From Chlamydiota bacterium (GTDB taxonomy: Bacteria > Chlamydiota > Chlamydiia > Chlamydiales > Rhabdochlamydiaceae): a DNA stretch of 38,977 nucleotides. Made by a program: the position numbers and the translations under genes. The DNA is taken from NCBI GenBank assembly GCA_023265495.1, contig JAHFTP010000001.1, positions 1 to 38,977 of the forward strand, read 5' to 3'. Positions 15,048 through 22,677 of the stretch are shown piece by piece; the stretch's first letter is position 1, and each line of letters starts with the position of its first letter. The notes under the pieces are model-generated. The model made no database searches and had not been told where the DNA came from. It worked only from the letters and a program-made list of their open reading frames with translations.

Positions 15048-16718
15048 ATGAGAGTCGCCATCTACGCGAGATACTCTTCAGAAAACCAAAGCGAAAAAAG
15101 CATCGATGACCAAGTCCGTGTATGTCAGAGATACATAGAGAGCAACAACCACATATTCGATGAAAAACACAGCTACTTTGATCAAGCTGTATCCGGATCT
15201 GTCATTAATCGACCAGGACTGCGCGCTCTTGAAAAAGCTTGCGAAAATAAAGAAATCGATGCCGTTGCAGTCGATGACCTCTCTCGCCTCTCTAGAAGCA
15301 ATCACCAAATGCTGACTCTCGTTAACAAATTCAACTTCCTTCGAATTCAAATCATCTCTGTCTCCGATGGAATTATCTCAGATGATGATAACAGCAAACT
15401 TGGCATCCATATCAGAGGTCTTATAAATGAACTCTATCTCGATGACCTAAGGAAAAAGACCATGAGAGGCCTCGAAGGACAACGTCTTCGAGGCTATACA
15501 ACTGGCGAGACTGTCTATGGTTATAAATCTGTCCCTGTTGGTGAACTTCGATTAAACAAAAGAGGGCAGCCTAAATACGAAGACATGGTCCATAAGATCG
15601 TAGAAGAAGAAGCCTCTATTATCCGCCGCATTTATGCAGAGTTCACAGAAGGCAAAAGCATCCATGCCATTGTGCAAGGACTCAATCAAGACAAAATGCC
15701 TACAAAGAAGAACCAACCCGGAGGTTGGGCCAACTCTACAATAAGTCGTATTCTGAAAAATGAGAAATATGCAGGACATTGGAACTGGCGCAAAACTAAG
15801 AACATCAGAGATCCTATGACCGGCAAAATGAAAAAATTTGACCGTCCAGAAACTGAACAAATGCTCTGTTTTAAAGACGATCTGGCCATTATTGATCTAG
15901 ATACTTGGGAAAAGGCTAAGCAAAGATGGGTGGATATGGAAGGAGCATGGCCTATGAGGACACCTTCTCAAAAGTCTTCCAGCAAGCAAAAAAGCTATAT
16001 TTACGCAAACCCTACCCACCTCTTTGCAGGACAGCTTCAATGCAAATGCTGTGGTGGAGCTATTGTTCAAGTATGCGGTAAAGGCGGCGGGTACTACGGC
16101 TGCCATCAAGCCAAAAGAAAGATCTGCAGCAACAAGCTCACTATTCCAAGAAAGCGACTCGAAGAGCTTCTCTTAGCTGAAATCAGGGATAAACTTTGTA
16201 CAGCTGAAAACTTGAAATATATCTATGAAAACGTAGAAAAAGAAATCGCTAAGACATTAGGACAAGTTCCTGAAGAGCTCAAACAAAAAAGACACTTACA
16301 TGACAAGATGCAAGCAGAGCTTCAGAACCTGCTTAATTTCGTCAAGGCCGGCAACTTTTCAAAAGTAGTATCAGAAGCACTTACTGACGCTGAAAACCGC
16401 AGTGATAAGCTTAAAAGCGAAATGCAGGCTTTAGAATTTCAAAGAAGCAATACATTCAAAACACCGCCCAAGGAATGGATTGATTTTAGACTAGAAAATC
16501 TTTTTGACACTTTGAATAAAAACACAAAAGCATCTGCCCTAGCCCTAAAAGATTTATTGGGAACAATTGAGCTTGAACCAGTACCGGGAGAATGTGTTGT
16601 TGAATGTGGACAGTTGATTCAGAATAGGGCCTATTATCTCGCCCATTCCAACATCGAAACCCTTGCCCTCCTAGAGGAGGGTAAGGGTACGAATTGGTCT
16701 CTACTTCGGAAGAGGTAG
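15048..16718 (+). CDS. Large serine recombinase (resolvase/invertase N-domain, recombinase domain, zinc ribbon and coiled coil)
   Basis: MRVAIYARYSSENQSEKSIDDQ carries the catalytic-Ser motif. Also present are VDDLSRLSR, a recombinase domain (YGY...GKSIHAIVQGLN...W..STISRILKNEKYAG), a Cys cluster CKCCGG...GCHQAKRKICSN and a long C-terminal coiled coil. AAGGAGG lies 7 nt before the ATG at 15048, which is in frame with the track ORF starting at 14982. Confidence 0.9.
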   Translation: MRVAIYARYSSENQSEKSIDDQVRVCQRYIESNNHIFDEKHSYFDQAVSGSVINRPGLRALEKACENKEIDAVAVDDLSRLSRSNHQMLTLVNKFNFLRIQIISVSDGIISDDDNSKLGIHIRGLINELYLDDLRKKTMRGLEGQRLRGYTTGETVYGYKSVPVGELRLNKRGQPKYEDMVHKIVEEEASIIRRIYAEFTEGKSIHAIVQGLNQDKMPTKKNQPGGWANSTISRILKNEKYAGHWNWRKTKNIRDPMTGKMKKFDRPETEQMLCFKDDLAIIDLDTWEKAKQRWVDMEGAWPMRTPSQKSSSKQKSYIYANPTHLFAGQLQCKCCGGAIVQVCGKGGGYYGCHQAKRKICSNKLTIPRKRLEELLLAEIRDKLCTAENLKYIYENVEKEIAKTLGQVPEELKQKRHLHDKMQAELQNLLNFVKAGNFSKVVSEALTDAENRSDKLKSEMQALEFQRSNTFKTPPKEWIDFRLENLFDTLNKNTKASALALKDLLGTIELEPVPGECVVECGQLIQNRAYYLAHSNIETLALLEEGKGTNWSLLRKR

Positions 16719-16794
16719 GATTCGAACCCACGGTCGGGGGTTACCCGACTGCTGTTTTCAAGACAGCCGCATTAGGCCACTCTGCCACTCTTCC
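16707..16794 (-). tRNA. tRNA-Ser (anticodon UGA)
   Basis: Hand-folded reverse complement: GGAAGAG-TG-GCAGAGTGGCCTAATGC-G-GCTGT-CTTGAAA-ACAGC-(long variable arm AGTCGGGTAACCCCCGACC)-GTGGG-TTCGAAT-CCTAC-CTCTTCC-G. The anticodon is TGA. It is a class II tRNA with a long extra arm and no encoded CCA. Confidence 0.9.
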
Positions 16795-16841
16795 GCAAAG
16801 ATGAAGAAACATCGTATCGTATTGAAGCAAAAAACGAAAGC

Positions 16842-17861
16842 TTAAAATTGAGAAAGGAACCTCACATCATTTTCCGTGAACATTCTGATGTCTTTGATCC
16901 CGTATCTGAGCATGGCAAGCCGTTCAAGCCCCATGCCCCATGCGTATCCCGAGTAACAGTCGGGATCGATACCTCCATTCTTCAATACTTCTGGATGGAC
17001 CATGCCGGCGCCTAATATTTCCAGCCATCCCGTATGCTTACATAAGCGACACCCATTTCCTTGGCAAGAGGTGCATAAGACATCGACTTCCATGCCCGGT
17101 TCTACAAAAGGAAAATAACTGGGGCGGAATCTTGTTTGCACCCTTGCATGGAAGAGCTTGCTTAAAAACTCCTCCATCGTTGCAAGAAGGTCTGCAAAAG
17201 AGACGTCTTCATCGACATAGAGCCCCTCTACCTGGTGAAAGAAGACATGGGACCTAGCACTGATCGTTTCGTTGCGGTAGACAGTGCCTGGCGCTGCAAT
17301 ACGAATTGGCGGTTTGTGTGACTCCATGACTCGCAGCTGTGTGTTGGAAGTATGGGAGCGAAGGAGCGCATCGGGTGAAAGATAAAACGTATCTTGCATG
17401 TCCCGCGCTGGATGGTCGGGAGGGAAATTCAGCCCTTCGTAATTGTAATAATCAGAGTCAATATCCGGGCCATATTGCACAGAAAAGCCCATACCGATGA
17501 GAATTTCTAACACCTCATCGCGAAGGAGGGTGATCGGGTGTTTTTTCCCGATGAACCTTCTTCTTCCCGGCAGGGTGATGTCTATTTTTTCTTCTTCGAG
17601 TCTTACAGCTTGCTCTGCCTGAAAAAAGGTGGACAGCGCCTGATCACATAAGAGAGCGATTTCTTCTTTTAAGTCATTAATCCATTTCCCGACCATAGGG
17701 CGTTCTTCCGGCGTAACATCCCGTAGACAGCTCATCAGGCTCTGGACAGGCCCCTTTTTGCCAAGAAACTGGACCTTCAACTGTTCGACATCTTTGGAAG
17801 ATTGTAGATCGGATAAGTTTTGTTGGAATTCTTTTTTCACTTCTAGAATTTTTGCCTGCAC
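16842..17861 (-). CDS. pheS: Phenylalanine--tRNA ligase alpha subunit
   Basis: Class II motifs are present: HPARDMQDTFY, RIAAPGTVYRNE...SHVFHQVEG and GAGMVHPEVL...GYAWGMGLERLAML. Confidence 0.95.
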   Translation of the reverse strand: MQAKILEVKKEFQQNLSDLQSSKDVEQLKVQFLGKKGPVQSLMSCLRDVTPEERPMVGKWINDLKEEIALLCDQALSTFFQAEQAVRLEEEKIDITLPGRRRFIGKKHPITLLRDEVLEILIGMGFSVQYGPDIDSDYYNYEGLNFPPDHPARDMQDTFYLSPDALLRSHTSNTQLRVMESHKPPIRIAAPGTVYRNETISARSHVFFHQVEGLYVDEDVSFADLLATMEEFLSKLFHARVQTRFRPSYFPFVEPGMEVDVLCTSCQGNGCRLCKHTGWLEILGAGMVHPEVLKNGGIDPDCYSGYAWGMGLERLAMLRYGIKDIRMFTENDVRFLSQF

Positions 17862-17876
17862 ATCCCCTCCTAATAC

Positions 17877-17915
17877 AAAAAAGCCTATACTTCTAGGGGT
17901 ACTAAAAGCATAGGC
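17877..17915 (-). terminator. Intrinsic terminator or attenuator between rplT and pheS
   Basis: The minus strand has an imperfect long hairpin GCCTATGCTTTTAGTACCCCTAGAAGTATAGGC followed by TTTTTT. The pheS SD (AGGAGGGG) and ATG follow directly. Confidence 0.5.
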
Positions 17916-17937
17916 AGAACTTTCTTATTCGATTCGT

Positions 17938-18294
17938 TTAAGCAAGGGCTTGTTTGGCAGCGCCTGCAACAAAAGCAAAGCTATTAGGATCTCTAATGGC
18001 CATTTCAGATAGCATCTTGCGATTTAAGTTGCATCCTGCTTTTTTCAGTCCATGAATGAACCCACTATAGGATATACCGTTGAGTTTTGCAGCAACGCCT
18101 ATACGAACAGTCCATAACCTTCTAAAATCTCTCTTTCTTTGTTTTCTATGGCGGTAACTAAACGCCATTGCAGACATGACCGCATTAGCCGTTAAGCGGA
18201 GATGGTTTTTTCTATCTCCTACAAAGCCTTTTGCTTGTTTAAATAGTCTTTTCTTTCTGCGATGGGAAGCCACAGCATTGGTAGCTCTAACCAT
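17938..18294 (-). CDS. rplT: 50S ribosomal protein L20
   Basis: MVRATNAVASHRRKKRLFKQAKGF...RDFRRLW..RI is a canonical L20 sequence, in the conserved infC-rpmI-rplT order. Confidence 0.95.
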   Translation of the reverse strand: MVRATNAVASHRRKKRLFKQAKGFVGDRKNHLRLTANAVMSAMAFSYRHRKQRKRDFRRLWTVRIGVAAKLNGISYSGFIHGLKKAGCNLNRKMLSEMAIRDPNSFAFVAGAAKQALA

Positions 18295-18318
18295 GATTTA
18301 TCTCCCTACATTTATTAT

Positions 18319-18522
18319 TTAAGCCACGCCCATAAGACGCGCGTACATTTTTGTTTGTCCTTTATTCACTACAGACTGCTTTCTTAGTTGACGTTTACGT
18401 TTTGAGGACTTTTTCGTCAAAATATGCCTTCTGCCAGGATGACTTTGCATCAGCTTTCCTGTAGCTGTCACTTTAAATCTAGCTTTTACAGATTTGCGTG
18501 TTTTCATTTTTACTTTAGCCAC
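18319..18522 (-). CDS. rpmI: 50S ribosomal protein L35
   Basis: [24 protein letters not shown]...[15 protein letters not shown] is a canonical L35 sequence. Confidence 0.95.
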   Translation of the reverse strand: MAKVKMKTRKSVKARFKVTATGKLMQSHPGRRHILTKKSSKRKRQLRKQSVVNKGQTKMYARLMGVA

Positions 18523-18570
18523 AGCACTTCTCCACTGCTTAATTTACTAACTTGTTGCTCACATCTGTTT

Positions 18571-19104
18571 TTAGACAGATGCTGTTTTTTTCTTTCCTCC
18601 AGGAGCCAAAACGACAGATAAATTACGTCCCAGCAACTTAGGTTCAGACTCCGCTGTAGCAATCTCTGCTAAATCCTCACAGAATTTATGTACAGCTTTG
18701 AATCCTATCTCTGGATGTAACAGTTCCCTGCCTCTAAATACGCAGGTAATCCTCACCTTGTTTCCCTTTGCAATAAACTCTTTTGCATGTTTAGCTTTTA
18801 CATCGATGTCATGATCATCCGTTGTCGGCTTGATCTTAATCTCTTTTACTTTGACTTGATGCTGAGCTTTTTTATTCTCTTTGTCTTTTTTCGTAATTTG
18901 ATAACGATACTTGCCATAGTCAATGATTTTACATACGGGAGGCTCTGCTGTAGGCGCAATCTCTACCAGATCCATCCCTGCAAGTTCCGCCTTTGCTAGT
19001 GCTTCACTTAAAAGCAATACTCCTAGCTGGCTTCCTTCTTCATCAATTACACGAACTTTAGGCGCTCGAATTTCTCTATTTATTCTGCAATTCAGAAAAT
19101 CCAC
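18571..19104 (-). CDS. infC: Translation initiation factor IF-3 (start codon uncertain, non-AUG)
   Basis: INREIRAPKVRVIDEEGSQLGVL...MDLVEI...PPVCKIIDYGKYRY matches the IF-3 N- and C-domains. The track start at 19104 is a GTG. In-frame ATA (19083) and ATT codons follow, and there is no ATG before the conserved core. Confidence 0.9.
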   Translation of the reverse strand: MDFLNCRINREIRAPKVRVIDEEGSQLGVLLLSEALAKAELAGMDLVEIAPTAEPPVCKIIDYGKYRYQITKKDKENKKAQHQVKVKEIKIKPTTDDHDIDVKAKHAKEFIAKGNKVRITCVFRGRELLHPEIGFKAVHKFCEDLAEIATAESEPKLLGRNLSVVLAPGGKKKTASV

Positions 19105-20680
19105 TCCGGTTAAGGTACAGTCTAAACGTATTTATCCACTGTTCAAGTGAAAAAACTTCTTGGCTTTCGCTTCCTTGTTTTCTCACAACTACAGTATTTG
19201 TCTCCATTTCCTTTTTGCCAACCACTACAAGATAAGGAACCCTATCTTCTAATGCCTTAGCTATTCGGTGAGGGAAGGAGGCCCCCTCGTTTTCTTCTCC
19301 AATGCGCCAACCTTCCCTCTTAAGTAACGCAGCCACATGCACAGCATACGTTTTCACAGAAGCATCGACGGCCAGCACTCGCATCTGCTCTGCAGCTACT
19401 ATCGCTGGAATCCCACAAGGGCTTTCTAGCAATAGAGCCACTATTTTCTCAAGAGACCCCAATACAGACTGCTCTACAATCCACCTATCAGGCTCTACAT
19501 CTTTTATAAGACACAGTGAGCTACATGTCCACAAACGGTCTATAGCATCTTTGATTCTTATCTCAATAACAGGAGAACCGTGCTTTGCTTGCTCCTTTTG
19601 AAAAGCAACACCGCAAGATACCAATGTCTGAGTGAGCATTTCGCTACATTTCTCATTCCCCTTCTTATCACGAGAAAGAACTGGGCCCTCTCTAGTTAAG
19701 AATACTTGGAACTCAAAGCCTAGGATTTTAAGAATTTTCATCATGAATTGCAAGGAAGAAATACATTCTTCTAAAACTTGCTTTCCCAAACAAAGGGAAT
19801 GTGCAAGGTCTAGGGTAGTGCAAGACGCGGAAAAGAGCCCATTAGAAAAATCTTTATTTACCCCATCCCTAAACGAAGCAAATTCTACGCAGCGAGTGAG
19901 GGGAGGAGAAGAATGTTTGAAAAAAAACTTATGCAAATCTAGGCCCGTTTCAAATAACAGATCTGCTTCTTCACAGACAAGGGAATAAGAAGTAGAAACA
20001 GAGCAGTATTGGGAGTGCCGATACCCCTCCTCTACTAGCTGCAGAATATTTTTTCTCACTGCTTCCCCTTTAGGAAACCAGTAACAAAGGGAAGGATCCT
20101 CCCCATCTAAGGCAAACAACCCTAGTTTCTTTCCCAAAGCCAGATGATTATCCGTGGCATATTTTTTTTCTTTCTTTATGAACTCTTTGAGTATTTTCCC
20201 ATCAGGAGCAGAAACACCCCAAATCCTCGTAACACCATGATCTAGATAGGCCCCTATATCCTCAAAGGATTGCAGAGAAAAAACGCCTACGTCCTCAGCC
20301 TCAGTAAGAGAAAAATCCTCCTCTACAAAATCGCAGAAAGAACCTAGATGAAGAACTTGCACTAAGGACGTGTTTTCTACGTCCTCTACTTTACTAGCGA
20401 GCAGAGGCTCTCCGCGGTGAAGAAAAAACTCCTTGGCGCAGAAGGGAGTCATCTCTTTTATAACAAAGGAGATTTTTTTCTTGGAGAAAGTGAGCATTTT
20501 CTGCTCTATTAAAGAAAGAAAAGCTTTCTGAAAAACAAAAGGAAAATGAAAATCGTAGTAAAACCCGAGAGACGTAGCGCCCCCGCCTAAGAGAAAAGCT
20601 CCAGGAAAAAGATCTTTAACAGAAACTGCGAGCACTTCTGCTACTGTTCTACGAATACTACTAATAACGATAGGTCCCAT
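19076..20680 (-). CDS. Threonyl-tRNA synthetase-like protein lacking the TGS domain, with degenerate catalytic and editing motifs
   Basis: It aligns by eye along E. coli ThrRS from the N2/editing domain to the anticodon-binding domain: GFYYDF, IGAY...RIWG, [22 protein letters not shown] vs [24 protein letters not shown] vs [35 protein letters not shown]. Key residues are replaced; see the finding at 19076..20680. Confidence 0.8.
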   Translation of the reverse strand: [534 protein letters not shown]

Positions 20681-20689
20681 AAGGTACTA

Positions 20690-20763
20690 TGGGATATAGC
20701 TGACTCGAACAGCTGACCTCCACGATGTCAACGTGGCGCTCTAACCAACTGAGCTAATACCCC
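20690..20763 (-). tRNA. tRNA-Val (anticodon GAC)
   Basis: Hand-folded reverse complement: GGGGTAT-TA-GCTC-AGTTGGTTA-GAGC-G-CCACG-TTGACAT-CGTGG-AGGTC-AGCTG-TTCGAGT-CAGCT-ATATCCC-A. The anticodon is GAC, with one G-T pair in the acceptor stem. Confidence 0.9.
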
Positions 20764-20888
20764 GCTTAAAGTTGCACAAGAGGATACTAAAAAAACCCAT
20801 TGCTAGCAAGACCATTTTTCAAACGGAAACATCAAGACACTTGCCTTTCTTGGAAAAACGACGTATGCTCAGCAGGTAAAAAATCTGC

Positions 20889-21482
20889 ATGAGACATCAA
20901 TTTTCTCTTTTTAATTCCCCTATAGATTTAGCTCATAAGCTTTGGATGCAACTCCTAGAGAGCGGAGATTGTGCCATTGACGCCACCTGCGGCAATGGGA
21001 AAGACTCCTTAGCTCTATGTACTATTTTTTTAGAAAAAAAGGGAGGATTTCTAATTAGTCTAGATATCCAAGAAACAGCCCTTTCTCATACCCATGCACG
21101 TATTCAAGAACACTGCCCGCAATTTCTCCCCTTTCTCTCTCTCCACCAGCAATCTCATAGATCCTTCCCCTCTATAGCTTATGAAAAGAAAGTCAAATTA
21201 ATTGTTTACAACCTAGGCTATCTACCAGGCGGAGATAAACGTATAACCACCCTACAAGAGAGCACGTTAGAAAGCCTAACAGATGCCTTAAAACTCATTT
21301 CCGCAGGAGGAATGATTAGTTTGACTTGTTATGTGGGACATAAAGAAGGAGAACAAGAATACCTAGCTCTTAAAGAGTGGTTCACTACTCTCCCCTCTGA
21401 TCTATGGAGTATCACTGAGTGTTCTTGGTATAATAGACACAAAAGCCCCATTCTGATCCTTTTGCAAAAAAATCAGCCTTAA
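20889..21482 (+). CDS. mnmM: SAM-dependent methyltransferase, YtqB/MnmM family (tRNA mnm5s2U34 methyltransferase)
   Basis: CAIDATCGNGKDSLAL, LIVYNLGYLPGGDKRITT and SLTCYVGHKEGEQE align closely with my recollection of B. subtilis YtqB. Confidence 0.75.
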   Translation: MRHQFSLFNSPIDLAHKLWMQLLESGDCAIDATCGNGKDSLALCTIFLEKKGGFLISLDIQETALSHTHARIQEHCPQFLPFLSLHQQSHRSFPSIAYEKKVKLIVYNLGYLPGGDKRITTLQESTLESLTDALKLISAGGMISLTCYVGHKEGEQEYLALKEWFTTLPSDLWSITECSWYNRHKSPILILLQKNQP

Positions 21483-21663
21483 TCATATCCTCTCATTTTT
21501 AAAAAAATTAGTTTACAAGTATTTCATCCTTAGGAAAATATTTATCTTTACATCTTTTGGAAAAAAGACTATGCGTGGGGTTTTAGTAAAAGGAAAAATT
21601 TCCTTTCACGAAAGCAGAAAACCTGATGTAAAATAATTTATACACATTGATTAATTATAGCAG

Positions 21664-21706
21664 TTAATTATAAAATAAAGAAGTAGAGATGTCATTTTAT
21701 AATTAA
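21664..21706. promoter_or_regulatory. Perfect 13-bp inverted repeat TTAATTATAAAAT-N17-ATTTTATAATTAA upstream of the 284-aa orphan gene
   Basis: Read directly: arms at 21664-21676 and 21694-21706, 56-98 nt upstream of the ATG at 21762, within a very AT-rich tract. Confidence 0.35.
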
Positions 21707-21761
21707 TAATAACAAAGAAGAGTATGGCTATAATAATCAATAATAAATATTTAGTAATTCT

Positions 21762-22616
21762 ATGCTATATAAATCAGAAGGTTCCTATTCACAGCTGCAA
21801 AGGCAGCTATATGCAATTGAAAAACAATTGCTTAAGCCTATTTCCAGGCAAACTTGTACCCAGGTATTTGCCCATCTAGATGAAATAGCGGAGGAAGCGA
21901 GAAGTCTACGCCAAGAAACAACAAAAACCAGCACTGTATTTACGCAATTTCGGTCCCAAGAGTTTCAAACGCTAGAAGACAAAACCCTCTCACTATATGG
22001 AAGGGCTCTCGATTCTATGGTAGCCAAGCAAGTGGCAGCCATTCAAGAAGAGACGTCTCATTTAGAAGAGACCCTTTCCTCTGGAAATGAGAGCCAAATA
22101 CAAAAAACGGCGGCTCTGTTAGAAAAGCAAATCACTATTCTTTTGAATGATCATCGCTTAGCTAAAGAAGATTTGCCCATCATTGCAAAAGCGCATAAAA
22201 CACTGAAAGCTGCAACAACAAAACTCTCTACAAGGCAAGAAATGGAAGAGGTGCTCCACCACTTCACTTTTTTAGCCAGACAACCTTCTTCTCTTAGATT
22301 CATCGAAGAAGAGATTGATCTCATGCCTGAGGAAATAGAGGAACTATTTAGTATTGCAGAACATACGTTTCACGGACAGATGAAGACAGCGAGACAGGGA
22401 TATCTTGGGCTACCTGAAGATACAAAGAGAAGAGTATTAACCCATCTGAGTGCATTGGATGGCTCTCTCTTTGAAGATCCCATCAAAACTATACAATCTC
22501 TTATAGCTACAGCAAACGACCTCGTACAAAATGATTTGAGCTATCCTTCCCCTGAGGACGTGGCGGAGATGTTTAAAGAAGTGCAAATGCTCTCCGATGC
22601 TGATTGCCCAGACTAA
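21762..22616 (+). CDS. Hypothetical alpha-helical / coiled-coil protein (orphan)
   Basis: 284-aa ORF with no TM segment and no recognisable catalytic motif. It is rich in E/L/Q/K heptad-like sequence and preceded by about 280 bp of AT-rich DNA. Confidence 0.6.
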   Translation: MLYKSEGSYSQLQRQLYAIEKQLLKPISRQTCTQVFAHLDEIAEEARSLRQETTKTSTVFTQFRSQEFQTLEDKTLSLYGRALDSMVAKQVAAIQEETSHLEETLSSGNESQIQKTAALLEKQITILLNDHRLAKEDLPIIAKAHKTLKAATTKLSTRQEMEEVLHHFTFLARQPSSLRFIEEEIDLMPEEIEELFSIAEHTFHGQMKTARQGYLGLPEDTKRRVLTHLSALDGSLFEDPIKTIQSLIATANDLVQNDLSYPSPEDVAEMFKEVQMLSDADCPD

Positions 22617-22677
22617 GGCATATAATTTTTCAACGCCTCTTGCTGCTTAGAGTCCATTTGCTGGAGCACCTGATCAT

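Larger units (their letters stand above)
13079..16718. mobile_element. Putative integrated-element remnant (islet) bounded on the right by tRNA-Ser. It carries a serine recombinase, a truncated DUF1016 nuclease and small ORFs.
   Basis: The region looks AT-richer by eye than its flanks. It holds a recombinase gene abutting a tRNA, a truncated gene and orphan small ORFs. The left boundary is not defined, and I found no direct repeat of the tRNA 3' end. Confidence 0.4.
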
